DNA of 64,000 nucleotides from Felis catus (Eukaryota): positions 5,210,001-5,274,000 of the forward strand of contig NC_058369.1 in the NCBI RefSeq assembly GCF_018350175.1. The letters are read 5' to 3'. How positions within the stretch are numbered: the first letter of the stretch is position 1; each line of letters begins with the position of its first letter. The notes under the pieces were generated by a model. The model made no database searches. It saw nothing but the letters and a program-made list of their open reading frames with translations, and was not told the DNA's origin. The position numbers and the translations under genes were made by a program. This document shows positions 48,555 to 61,296 of the stretch, one piece after another.

Positions 48555-49142
48555 GTGAGCAAACTCCAGGGCTGGATCTCTGTGCATTACCTCAAAGAGG
48601 TATGTTATTAGGGTTCTGGCAAGAAACTGAATCCAACTCTGCTTATTCAGAGTTAAGAGAACCAACAAGAAATGTTAAGGCACCCAGAGATTGCCACCAA
48701 GGGAAGTTATTATCATATTTAAGCCTAAAAAGGCAATGGAAGGGTGAGCATTATTGAGCCCAAGGAAAGCTGGAGGGTTGCCCTGCTGGAGATGGAGGCA
48801 TCCTGGAACAGAAGAAGCATCTAGCAAAACACCTGACCTCCTCCTCCTTTCATCTAAGGACTTCTCACTGGTACCTCTCACTGGTTGTCCCAACGACAAG
48901 GAACGTGGGTAAAGCAGTTCATAAGGGTCAGTCCCTGGGGCTCTGAGATGACCAGAGAATGGCAGAATAAATGAAGAATAAACCCCAGAGTAAATGTGGT
49001 CATATGAAAGTCTTCCCCACAAGTGTTCTCCATGATAGGATTTTCTCATTCCAGTTTCCAAAGCAATGCATCCATGACTAACCTATAAAATTGAGATAAT
49101 CAAACCAGAAAGAGCTCTACTCTCATGCTATTCTCTTTCCAG

Positions 49143-49310
49143 CCTGGTGGTGCAAGAGCAAAATATTTCTGTGTCTCCTGGGATGCATCAGAGGAGGGGG
49201 GCGCCTGGTCAATGGAGGGCTGCTCTCATGTGGACAGCAACGATTCACACACCCGATGCAAATGCTTCCACCTTTCCAGCTTTGCTGTTCTCATGGCTCT
49301 TGTTCCCAAG
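49143..49310 (+). CDS. ADGRE4: ADGRE4 exon 9, GPS motif (CVSW...WSMEGC...[18 protein letters not shown])
   Basis: Acceptor ctttccAG, donor AAG|GTACCA; 168 nt, phase 0/0. Has the 4 Cys, 2 Trp and H-L|S cleavage triad (49269-49277). Confidence 0.97.
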
Positions 49311-50249
49311 GTACCAAGATTCATGGCCCCCTCCTGGAGTCTGTGTCCTACAAAGGGTGAGGTCGTCCTCTCCATGTCTTAGAAAGAGACTCTAAGATAA
49401 GGAATCAAGTGGCAGTGGCTCCCTTGAGGGGTAATTCCAGGAAGCACCAGTAAAGGGACTGGGCAAGTGAAATGAGAAAAGAAAAAAAATCAAGCCAATG
49501 TGGACAGCATTATCAAGCCAGTCACCACTGTGGGCATCTGGAACTTAATTCCTTCTGGAGTATTCTGGGAATCAGTGTAGGAGACAACCTGAGTCATCCT
49601 AACTGAACAGCGGGAGAGCAGGGGTATTTATACACCACCTCCTCTCAGGCATTGGTTGAAAGCTGCACCCAGGGGTTGTTAATTCTGGCATTTCCATGGG
49701 CATGAGCAGAGTAAGCTCAAGCTATCAGATAAAGCCTTCAAACATTGGACAGTTGGGTTGTCAGCCCCTGTCAAACATTGGACAGTTGGGTGGAATCTAA
49801 GGTGATCTGGAATCAAACATCCGTTACTCTGCAAGCAATAGTTACAGCTGGTCAGATGGGAAGGAAAGCCACTGACTGTCACTAATGAAAAAGCATAGCT
49901 CCTTCAACTTCCCAGGTCCCAACTACAGCTACGATAAGCCACGTTTAAAGAAATTTGCCTAATTTCTTCCCCTATTTCTTTTTAGCTCTCATTTATTGAA
50001 CAGTTACTGTATGACAACCATTATATTGCACATTTAAATGCATGACCTCATTTTATTCGCTCAACAAATTCGTGTATGACTGCTTACTATATGCTAGATG
50101 CTGTTCTGGGCATTGAGGATACAGCAAAGAACAAAACAGATAAATCCCAACCTTCACAGAGATGGCTTTGGAGAGCCCTGTTGTCCAATAGGATCACCAG
50201 CCACATGTGACTATTGGGCACTTGAAACGTGGCTAATGTCACTGAAGAA

Positions 50250-50510
50250 TCAAATTTTTTTTAATGTTTATTTTTGAGAATAAGAAACAGTGTGAGCAGG
50301 GGAGAGGCAGAGAGAGAGAGGGAGACCCAGAATCTGAAGTAGGCTCCAGGCTCTGAGCTGTCAGCACAGAGCCTGACATGGGGCTTGAACCCACAAACTG
50401 TGAGATCATGACCTGAGCTGAAGTCAGCTTAACCAACTGAACCACCCAGGTGCCCCCCAAATTTTTAATTAAAAAAAATTATTTTAGAGAGTGTGTGAGC
50501 AAGGGAGAGG

Positions 50511-50548
<38 letters not shown>

Positions 50549-51582
50549 CTTAAGCAGGCTCTGTGCTGAGCATGGGTCAGGGCTTGATCCCATGACCCTG
50601 GAGTCATGACCTGAGCCAAAATCAAGAGTCGGATATTCAACTGACTGAGCCACCCAGGTGCCCCTCCCTAAATTTTAAATTTTATTTAATTTTAATTTAT
50701 TTAAATTAAGAAGCAGTGTGAAATGTTTTTCCATTAAACACAACTTCATTGGCAGGACTTCATTTCACTTCTATCATCAAAAACAGTAGGATCTGGGGGT
50801 GTCTGGGTGCCCCACTTAAGCGTCTGACTTCCCTTCAGGTCATGATCTCACGGTTCGTGGGTTTGAGCCCCGTGTCAGGCTTTGTGCTGACAGCTCGGAG
50901 CCTGGAGCCTGTTTTGATTCTGTGTCTCCCTCTTTCTCTGCATGAAATACACACTGGATTTTGAAGACTTAATGTGGAAAAAAAAGTACCAAAGATCTCA
51001 ATAATTTATTTACATTGACTGTAATTTAAACTGATTACACTTTTGCTGTATTGATCATATTATATATACTACATTGGACTGATAATATTTTGAACACACA
51101 CTATTAAATTAATTTGAGTTGATTCTTTGCACATTAAACATTTTTTTAATGTTTATTCATTTTTTGAGGGGCGTAGAGGGGCAGAGAGAGAAGGAGACAC
51201 AGAATCCAAAGCAGTCTCTAGGCTCTGATCTGTCAACACAGAACCCAATTCAGGTCTCAAACTACACAAACTGTGAGATCATGACCTGAGCTGAAGTCAA
51301 CCTTCAACTGACTGAGCCACCCAGGCGCCCTCTTTTCACATTTTAAAATATATGGCTACTGGGGCGCCTGGGTGGCGCAGTCGGTTGAGTGTCCGACTTC
51401 ATCCAGGTCACGATCTCGCAGTCCGTGAGTTCGAGCCCCGCGTCTGGCTCTGGGCTGATGGCTCAGAGCCTGGAGCCTGTTTCCGATTCTGTGTCTCCCT
51501 CTCTCTCTGCCCCTCCCCCGTTCATGCTCTGTCTCTCTCTGTCCCAAAAATAAATAAACGTTGAAAAAAAAATAAAATAAAA
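50250..51582. mobile_element. Five CAN-SINEs (-, -, +, -, +) interrupting a hAT MITE (MER3/MER33-like) in ADGRE4 intron 9
   Basis: SINE bodies visible; youngest copy (51361-51580) has TSD aaaatatatggctact. Confidence 0.85.
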
Positions 51583-51830
51583 TATATGGCTACTAAAAAG
51601 ATTTAAATTCGACATGTGGCTCACATATTTCTGTTGAACAGCACAAGGCTAGTGGTTTTGGGTTTTCAATAAGCTTGTGTGGTAAATGCACCCATTTTGA
51701 AGATGGGAATATCAACTCTTAGATTAAGTCAGTTGTTGGAGAGACTGAACTGGGACACCCATATAACTCTCCATCAGGCACATAAGCACAGAGCTGGAAA
51801 CTATAACAGATTCTTCACTTTGGCTCATAG

Positions 51831-52025
51831 GTGGATCCTGTGCTGACTATGATCACCTATGTGGGGCTGAGCCTCTCTCTGCTGTGCCTCCTCCTGGCAG
51901 CCCTCACCTTCCTCCTGTGCCGACCCATCCAGAACACCAGCACCTTCCTCCACCTGCAGCTTTCCATTTGTCTCTTCCTGGCCCATCTGCTCTTCCTAAC
52001 AGGGATTGACCAAACTAAGCCTGAG
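51831..52025 (+). CDS. ADGRE4: ADGRE4 exon 10, TM1-TM2 ([38 protein letters not shown]...TKPE)
   Basis: Acceptor catAG, donor GAG|GTAGGT; 195 nt, same size and phase as the ADGRE1 TM1-2 exon. Confidence 0.97.
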
Positions 52026-55000
52026 GTAGGTGCTATTTTGTCTGTTGTCATAATCAAATCTAGCCATTTTGTCTTGAGGAAGGATGGGGAGAGAGACAAG
52101 AGTCAGCAGTGATAGCATTGGGGGAAAAAAACAACTTTCCATTTCAATTCTCCTCATCTGTAACTCTGAATAAGACCGGTACTTTCTGAGAAGCCATTTA
52201 GCAAGCTGATAGAGAGTCAGACTGATAGCATTAACCAAGGTAACAGTAGCTGCTGTAACAAAGAAACTCCAAAATGTTTGTGGCTTAGCACAAGAGTGGT
52301 TAATTTCCCACTTATGTATCCACAGAGGGTGAGAAAACTGGTTTGAAGGGTGTCTATCCTCCAACCTCAGGCTGATGGAGCCTTCTTTATCTACCATACA
52401 CAGCTTTCAAGGTCATCCAAGAGTCCCTTCCATTTTAGCCAAATGGAAAGAGAAAAGAACAAGGCAGAGTCCTGTGAGGGAAGTCTATATGGGCCATCTT
52501 GGAAAACGGTGCACATCACTTCCCTTCACATCCTATTGGCTAGAAATCAGTGATGTGGTCACACCCAACTAGAAAGGGTGTTGGGAAATGTAGTCTCTTG
52601 CTGGGAAGTCCCATCCCAGTGACATGTCTATAGTCTGGAATCAGGAGTGGAGTGAGTCTTGAATTTTGGGTGGACATTGGCTTTGCCACTGTTAGCTTTT
52701 GTCTTCATCATGATTACATTCATCATCATATTCAGGAAAAATTGGAGCTAAATGTTTTCCAAATCTCCTTTTAACCCTAAAAGACTATGATCTCACAGCT
52801 AGAAGGTTATGAAAGCACTATTTCCCCCCTTCCCAGGGAGGCAGTATATTATTACAGTTAAGAGTAAGTATAGTCTTGGTGGAGGAGCCAAGATGGCAGA
52901 ACAGCATGGAAGTTTTTTGTGTGTCTCGCGTCCACGAAATACAGCCAGACCAACACTAAACCATCCTGCACACCTAGAACACTGATCTGAAGATTAATAC
53001 AACAATCTGCACAATATGAACCACAGAATTCAGCAGGTACGCAGCACAGAGAGGTGAACCGGGGGAGAGAGAAGCCACAGAGGACAGGCAATCACTTTTG
53101 TGTGCGGAGAGAGGATGGAGATGGGGGGAGAATATGGGGAAAACGCCCCTCCCCAAAAGCAGCTGGAGAGAAAGTGGAAAGTTGGAAACGGCCTCAGGGA
53201 CTGAACTAAAAAGGGAGAAAGAATAAAGGAGAGGGTTTAAATTCCATTAAGACTGTAAACAGGGGGAGCGCAGAGTCTGAAACTCTGCAGCTCAATACCC
53301 GGCGGTGCTCTGGTGGGAAGGGCGAATCCCCAGGAGCAGAGTGGGGCCTGGGAGGCTCTCAGGCCACACAGGGAGAAGTGGCTTCACTGCTGGAAGGACA
53401 TTTGATAGAGGCTGTGAGGCCACCTGGGCCCAGCAGACCCTGGAGAACGGCCACATTCACTGGTGCTAGAACAAAGTCATTAAGGGTGAAAGCTGGTGCC
53501 AGATGTGTGTTGTGATTTTCCATAATCCCTGAGGTGCTGCTGCTACACTGTCTTGTAAACTTTCTCTGGGGTGGGCTGGCACCTGGCCGCAGTCTCTGGG
53601 CATCAGCAGCAGCATGGTCCCACAAGTGTTCCTGGATGTGGCCAGCACCCGGCCATTGCTTGGTGAGGGGTGGAGGGGGTCAAAGCCGCAGTCCCTCAGA
53701 AGTGGGAGGCCATGGAAGGCAGCTGCATCTGAGACAAAACTTGGGAGGGAGGTGCTGCCTGGGGCTTGGTCATGGACAATGTAAAAGTGGGGAGTGGACA
53801 GAAGCCTAGACAAAGGATGGGTGTGCGATTACTGACTGGGGATAACAGAGTTCCGATACTAGAGACTGGGTAGCTGGGTGACGCCATTTTCACCGCTCCT
53901 GCGCATGCACATACACACCTACAAGCCCCACAACAATCCACCCCAGTAAGCTAAGCAGTGCCAACTAGTGGAGAACAGAGCCATTACACTAAGCCCCGCC
54001 CAACTTGGCCAACCTCGCTCTTCAAGAACACAAGTCTCACCTCCTGCTTAGCTGATAGACTATATAAAGTGCTTCATAGTTCAACTTTTAGGGGAAAATG
54101 AAGTAATTTCAGTCATATTTCAGTCTGTTAGTCAGTACAACTATTCAATTTTCTTCCTTTCTTTTCTCTTTTTTGTTTCTTTTTCTTGAATACAGAAAGA
54201 AAAAATTCATTTTTATTTTCCATTTTTATTAAAAATATTTTTCTTTATTTTTTTTCTACTATATTTTTTACTTTTGTGTGATTTTTTCAAATTCTATTTT
54301 ACTTCCATCATTTCATTTTAGTCTACTTCACTGTATTCATTTTTTCAAATTTTCAAATGATTTCCTTTTTCCCTCTCCTTTTTTCACTAATATATCAAGC
54401 CACTTTCAACACCCAGACCAAGTACACCTAGGATCTAGCATCATTTATTCGATTTTGTGTGTGTGTGTTTGCTTTTAATTTTTTAATTTTAATATTTTCT
54501 TTTTCATTTTAATTTTTTCTACCTCATTAATTCCTTTTCTCCCTTCAAAATGATGAAACAAAGGAATTGACCCCAAAAGAAAGAGCAGGAAGAAATGACA
54601 GCCAGGGGCTTAACCAACACAGATACAAGCAAGATGCCTGAACCAGAATTTAGAATCACGATAATAAGAATACTAGCTGGAGTCGAAAATAGATTAGAGT
54701 CCCTTTCTGCGGAGATAAAAGAAGTAAAAGTTAGGATGAAATAAAAAGTACTATAACTGAGCTGTAATCTTGTACAGATGCTGCAGCGGCAAGGATGGAT
54801 GAGGCAGAACAGAGAATCAGCGTTATAGAGGACAAACTTATAGAGAATGATAAAGCAGAAAAAAGAGGGAGACTGAGGCAAAAGAGCACGATTTAAGAAT
54901 CAGAGAAATCAGTGACTCATTTAAAAGGAACAACATCAAAATCATAGGGGTCCCAGAAATGGAAGAGAGAGAAATAGGGGTAGAAGGGTTATGTGAGAGA

Positions 55001-55455
55001 AATAGGGGTAGAAGGGTAATCATAGCGGAAAACTTTCCTAACCTGGGGAAAGACACATCAAAATCCAGGAAGCACAGAGAGCTTCCATTAGATTCAACAA
55101 AAACCGACCATCAATAAGGCATATCATAGTCAAATTCACAAAATAGACAAGGAGAAAATCATGAAAGCAGCAAGGGAAAAAAAAAATCCTTAACCTACAA
55201 GGGAAGACAGATCAGGTTTGTAGCAGACCTATCCACAGAAACTTGGCAGGCCAGAAAGGAGTGGGAAGATATGTTCAATGTGCTGACTCAGAAAAATATG
55301 TAGCCAAGAATTCTTTATCCAGCAAGGCTATCACTCAAAATAGAAGGAGAGATAAAAAGTTTCCCAGATGGACAAAAATTAAAGGAGTTTGTGAGCACTA
55401 GACCAGCCCTGCAAGAAATTTGAAGGGGGACTCTCTGAGGAGAGAAAAGATGAAA

Positions 55456-55464
55456 ATACATACA

Positions 55465-55498
<34 letters not shown>

Positions 55499-55518
55499 CA
55501 TACATACATACATACATA
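55456..55518. repeat. (TACA)n microsatellite in the L1 inter-ORF spacer
   Basis: Directly visible tandem tetranucleotide repeat. Confidence 0.9.
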
Positions 55519-56067
55519 AATACCAAAAGCAACAAATATTAGAAAGGACCAGAGTACACCACCAGAAACTCCAACTCTATAAGCATCATAATGACAATAA
55601 ACTCATACCTTTCAGTACTCACTCTAAACGTCAATGGACTAAATGCTTCAATCAAAAGACTTAGAGTAACAGAATGGATAAGAAAACAAGATCCATCTAT
55701 ATGCTGTTTACAAGAGACCCACTTTAGACATAAAGACACCTTCAGATCGAAAGTAAGGGGATGGAGAACCATCTATCATGCTAATGGTCAACAAAAGAAA
55801 GCCCGAGTAGCCATACTTAGACAATCTAGACTTTAAAATAAAGATTGTATCAAGAGATGAAGAAGGTCCTTATGTCACAATTAAGGGGTCTATCCACAAA
55901 GAAGACATAACAATTGTAAATATTTATGCACCAAATGTGGAACACCCAAATATATAAATCAATCACAAACATAAAATAACTCATCGATAATAATACCATA
56001 ATAGTAGGAGACCTCAACACCCCACTCACAGCAATGGACACATCATCTAATCAAAAAATCAACAAGG

Positions 56068-56288
56068 GTGGGGAGCCTGGGTGGCTCAGTTAGTTAAGCG
56101 TCCGACTTCAGCTCAGGTCATGATCTCGCGGCCCATGAGTTTGAGCCCTGCATCAGGCTCTGGGCTGATGGCTCGGAGCCTGGAGCCTGCTTCCGATTCT
56201 GTGTCTCCCTCTCTCTCTGCCCCTCCCCCGTTCATGCTCTGTCTCTCTCTGTCTCAAAATAAGTAAATAAATAAACAAACAAACGTTA
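56068..56288 (+). mobile_element. CAN-SINE inserted inside the L1 ORF2 endonuclease domain
   Basis: tRNA-like head, (CT)n, A tail; 15-bp TSD aaaaaatcaacaagg at 56053-56067 and 56289-56303. Confidence 0.95.
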
Positions 56289-59200
56289 AAAAAATCAACA
56301 AGGAAACAATGGCTTTGAATGACACACTGGACCAGATGGACTTAACAGATATATTCAGAACATTTCATCCTAAAGAAGCAGAGTATACATTCTTCTCCAG
56401 TGCACATGGAATGTTCTCCAGAATAGACCACATACTGGGACACAAATCAGCCCTCAGCAAGTGCAAAAAGATCGAGATCATACCATGCATATTTTCAGAC
56501 CACAATGCTATGAAACTTGAAATCAGCCACAGGAAAAAATTTGGAAAGGTAACAAATACTTGGAGACTAAAGAACATCCTACTAAGGAATGAATGGCTAA
56601 CCAAGTAGTTGAAGAGGAAATTAAAAAGTATATGGAAGCCAATGAAAATGGTAACACCACAGCCAAACCTCTGAGACGCAGCAAAGACAGTCATAAGAGG
56701 GAAGTACATAGCAATCCAGGCCTTACTAAAGAAGGAAAAAAGGTCTCAGATGCACCTTACACCTTAAGGAGCTGGAAAAAGAACAGCAAATAAAACCCAA
56801 AAACAGCAGAAGACAAGAAATAATAAAGATGAGAGCAGAAATTAATGCTATCAAAACCAAAAAAAAAGTAGAACAGGTCAATGAAACCAGAAGCTGGTTC
56901 TTTGAAAGAATTAAGAAAATTGATAAACCACTAGCCAGTTTGAACAAAAAGAAAAAGAAAAGGACCCAAATAAGTAAAATCAAGAATGAAAGAGGAGAGA
57001 TCATAACCAACACAACAGAAATAAAAACTATAGTAAGAGAATATTATGTGCAATTATATGCCAGTAAAATGGGCATTCTGAAAGAAATGGAAAAATTCCT
57101 AGAAACATATACACTACCAAAACTGAATCAGGAAGAAATAGAAAATTTGAACAGACCTATAACCAGTAAGGAAATCTAATTAGTAATAAAAAATCTGCCA
57201 AAAAACAAGATTCCAGGGTCAGATGGCTTTCCAGGGGAATTCTACCAAACATTTAAGGAAGAGTTAACACCTATTCTCTTGAAGCTGTTCCAAAAAATAG
57301 AAATGGAAGGAGAACTTCCAAACTCTTTCTATGAGGCCAGCATTACCTTGATTCCAAAACCAGACAGAGACCCCACTAAAAAGGAGAACCATAGACCAAT
57401 TTCCCTGATGAACATGGATGCAAAAATCCTCAACAAGATATTAGCCAACTGGATCCAACAACACATTAAAAAAAAACTATTCACCACGACCACGTGGGAT
57501 TTATACCTGTGATGCAGGGCTGGTTCAATATCTGCAAAATAATTAACGTGATTCATCACATCAATAAAAGAAAGAACAAGAGCCATATGATCCTCTCAAT
57601 AGATGCAGAGAAAGCATTTAACAAAATACAGCATGCTTTCTTGATAAAAACCCTCAAGATAGTAGGGATAGAAGGATCATACCTTGAGATCACAAAAGCC
57701 ATATATGAAAGAACAACTGATAATATCATCCTCAATGGGGAAAAACTGAGAGCTTTCCCCCTAAGGTCAGGAACAAGACAGGGATGTCATCTAACCACTG
57801 TTATTCAAAATAGTATTGGAAGTCTTAGCCTGTGCAATCAGACAACACAAAGAAATAAAAGGCATCCAAATCGGCCAGAAGGAGGTCAAACTTTCACTTT
57901 TCACAGATGACATGATACTCTATATGGAAAACCCAAAAGACTCCACCAAAAAACTGCTAGAACTGATTCATGAATTCAGCAAAGTTTCAGGATATCAAAT
58001 CAATGCACAGAAATCGGTTGCATTCCCATTCACCAACAATGAAGCAACAGAAAAATCAATCGATCCCATTTACAATTGCACCAAGAACCATAAAATACCT
58101 CGGAATAAATCTAAGCAAAGAGGTGAAAAACCTATATGCTGAAAACTATAGAAAGCTTATGAAAGAAATTGAAGAAGACACAAAAAAATGGAAAAATATT
58201 CCATGCTCCTGGATAGGAAGAATAAATATTGTTAAAATGTTGATACTACCCAAAGCAATCTACATATTCAATGCAATCCTTACCAAAATAACACCAGCAT
58301 TTTTCACAGAGCTAGAACAAATAATTCTAAAATTTGTATGGAACCAGAAAAGACCCTGAATAGCCAAAGAAATCTTGAAAAAGAAAACCAAAGCAGGAGG
58401 CATCACAATCCCAGACTTCAGGCTGTACTACAAAACTATAATCATGAAGGCAGTATGGTACTTGCACAAGAACAGACACTCAGATCAATGGAACAGAATA
58501 GAGAACCCAGAAATAGACCCACAAATGCATGGCCAACTAATCTTAGACAAAGCAAGAAAGAATATCCAATGGAATAAAAACAGTCTTTTCAGCCTGTGGT
58601 ACTGGGAAAACTGGACAGCAACATGCAGAAGAATGAACCTGGACCACTTTCTTACACCATACACAAAAATAAACTCAAAATGGATGAAAGACCTAAGACA
58701 GGAAGCCATCAAAATCCTCGAGGAGAAAGCAGGCAAAAACATCTTTGATCTTGGCCACAGCAACTTCTTACTCAACACGTCTCTGGAGGCAAGGGAAACA
58801 AAAGCAAGAATGAACTACTGGGACCTCATCAAAATAAAAAGCTTCTGCACAGTGAAGGAAACAATCAGCAAAACTAAAAGGCAACCGACAGAGTGGGAGA
58901 AGATACTTGCAAATGACATATCAGATAAAGGCTTAGTATCCAAAATCTACAAAGAACTTATCAAACTCAACACCCAAAACACAAATAATGCAGTGAAGAA
59001 ATGGGCAAAAGACATGAATAGACACTTCTCCAAAGAAGACATCCAGATGGCCAATCAACACATGAAAAAATGCTCAACTCACTCATCATCAGAGAAATAC
59101 AAATCAAAACCACAATGAGCTACCACCTTACACCTGTCAGAATGGCTAAAATGAACAACTCAGGCAACAACAGATTTTGGCGAGGAGGTGGAGAGAGAGG

Positions 59201-59844
59201 AGCTCTTTGGCACTGATGGTGGGAATGCAAACTGGTGCAGCCACTCTGGAAAACAGTATGGAGATTCCTCAAAAAATTAAAACTAGAACTACCCTATGAC
59301 CCAGAAATTGCACTACTAGGTATTTATCCAAGGGATACAGGTGTGCTGTTTCAAAGGGGCACATGCACCCAAATGTTTATAGCAGCACTATCAACAATAG
59401 CCAAAGAATGGAAAGAGGCCAAATGTCCCTCGATGGATGAAGGGATAGAGTAGATGTGGTATATATACACAATGGAGTATTACTTGGCAATCAAAAAGAA
59501 TAAAATCTTGCCATTTGCAACTATGTGGATGGAACTGGAGGGTGTTATGCTAAGCAAAATCAGTCAGAGAAAGACAACTATATGACTTCACTCATATGAG
59601 GACTTTAAGAGACAAAACAACATAAGGGAAGGGAAACAAAAATAATAAAAATAGGGAGGGGGACAAAACAGAAGAGACTCTTAAATATGGAGAACAAACA
59701 GAGGGTTACTGGAGGGGTTGTGGAGGGGGGGTGGTCTAAATGGGTAAGAGGCACTGATTCAAGGAATCTACCCTTGAAATCATTGTTGCACTATATGCTA
59801 ACTAACTTGGATGTACATTTTTTAAAAAAGAGTAAGTATAGTCT

Positions 59845-60060
59845 CGGGGTGCCTCGGTGGCTCAGTCAGTTAAAGCATCCGACTCCGGCTCAGGTCATGA
59901 TCTCACAGTTCATGAGTTCAAACCCCGCATTGGGCTCTGTGCTGACATGTCAGAGCCTGGAACCTGCTTCAAATTCTGTGTCTTCTTCTCTCTCTGCCCC
60001 TCCCTGCTCTCACTCTGCCTCTCTGTCTCAAAAATAAATAAGCAATAAGAAAAATTTAAA
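59845..60060 (+). mobile_element. CAN-SINE directly abutting the right L1 TSD
   Basis: Head ggggtgcctcggtggctcagtcagttaa, CT-rich tract, A-rich tail. Confidence 0.92.
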
Positions 60061-60759
60061 AAGATTAAGTAAACCATTTAAAGATGGTTTGCGTTTCAAA
60101 TCCATTTTTATTTTTTAGTTGTATGATCTTGGGTGAGATTTTAATCTCTTTGAGCTTTAGTTTCCTCATTAGAAAATGGGCAGAGATTGGCAAATGACAG
60201 TGCTGAGGCTGAGTCAGGCCTACCTTCTGTTTTTGTAAAAAAAAAAAAAAAAATCTGTTTCGTAAAATAGTCTTTTTTTTATTGGAACCATAACTACCAA
60301 TGTCTGAGGGCTTGAGAAGAGAGATGTCCCAACTCAGATAGATAGAGCAAATTCTCTCTTCCTCCATAAAAATTTAATTTAGGCTCTCCATTGATTGGAT
60401 GATGCCCACCCTCATTGGTTAGGGTGATCTTCTTTGCTCAGTTTACTGATTCAAATGGTAATATATACCTGAAACACCCTCACAGACACACCCAGGAATA
60501 ATGTTTTACCAGTTATCTGGGCATTTTCCTTAGCTCAGTTGAGTTAACACAAAAAAATTAAGCATCTCACCTACCCAAAGGATAAGGGCCATGGAATATT
60601 CATCTACCAACATCATGGATCTGAGGACTGTTTGTGTGGTATTTATTCCTCAGCACTTCTGGCCTGCCCCATCCATGGGGTAAGCATGGGCCAGCAAGAG
60701 CTCCCCAAAATGTGTTGCCCATAGGCAAAATGTCATAGGTGTTAGGATTGAAAATGCAG

Positions 60760-60975
60760 GGGGCATCTGGGTGGCTCAGTCGGTTAAGCCTCCGACTTCG
60801 GCTCAGGTCACAATCTCGCAGTTCATGGGTTTGAGCCCATGTCGGGCTCTGTGCTGACAGCTCAGAGCCTGAAGCCTGTTTCAGATTCTGTGTCTCCCTC
60901 TCTCTGCCCCTCTCCCACTCATGCTCTGTCTGTCTTTCTCTCTCTCGAAAGCAAATAAACATTAAATAAAAAGAA
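60760..60975 (+). mobile_element. CAN-SINE about 85 nt upstream of ADGRE4 exon 11
   Basis: TSD gaaaatgcagg on both sides. Confidence 0.9.
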
Positions 60976-61060
60976 AATGCAGGTCAACATCCAGGAAATG
61001 TCAACTGCTGAGGATCGGATCAGGTGGAGACAACACTCCTAACTCTTGTCTCCCCTGCAG

Positions 61061-61296
61061 GTGCTGTGTTCCATCATCGCTGGTGTGCTGCACTACCTCT
61101 ACCTGGCCTCCTTCACCTGGATGCTCCTTGAAGGGCTACAGCTTTTCCTAACCGTCAGAAACCTCAAGGTGGCCAATTACACCAGTGCAGACAAATTCAA
61201 GAAGAGGTTCATGTGCCCTTTTGGCTATGGGGTTCCAGCTCTGATTGTGGCTGTGTCTGCAATAGTAAGACCCCAAAATTATGGAACATATGATCG
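61061..61296 (+). CDS. ADGRE4: ADGRE4 exon 11, TM3-TM4 ([25 protein letters not shown]...NYGTYDR)
   Basis: Acceptor cccctgcAG, donor CG|GTAAGA; 236 nt, phase 0/2. Confidence 0.97.

Larger units (their letters stand above)
52877..59827 (+). mobile_element. Full-length (about 6.95 kb) carnivore LINE-1, inactive
   Basis: 5' end ggaggagccaagatggc. ORF1 ATG at 54550 hits TGA at 54568. ORF2 from 55591 is fragmented: EN motifs LNVNGLN, CLQETHF, SDHN; RT motif LFTDD; C-terminal [11 protein letters not shown]. Perfect 17-bp TSD aagagtaagtatagtct at 52860-52876 and 59828-59844 with a TT|AAGA nick site. Confidence 0.97.

Noticed and set aside
55591..59453. Endonuclease and reverse-transcriptase ORFs as an active or novel RT system
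   Set aside because: Ordinary L1 ORF2 broken by stops, frameshifts and a SINE insertion; FADD is altered to FTDD.
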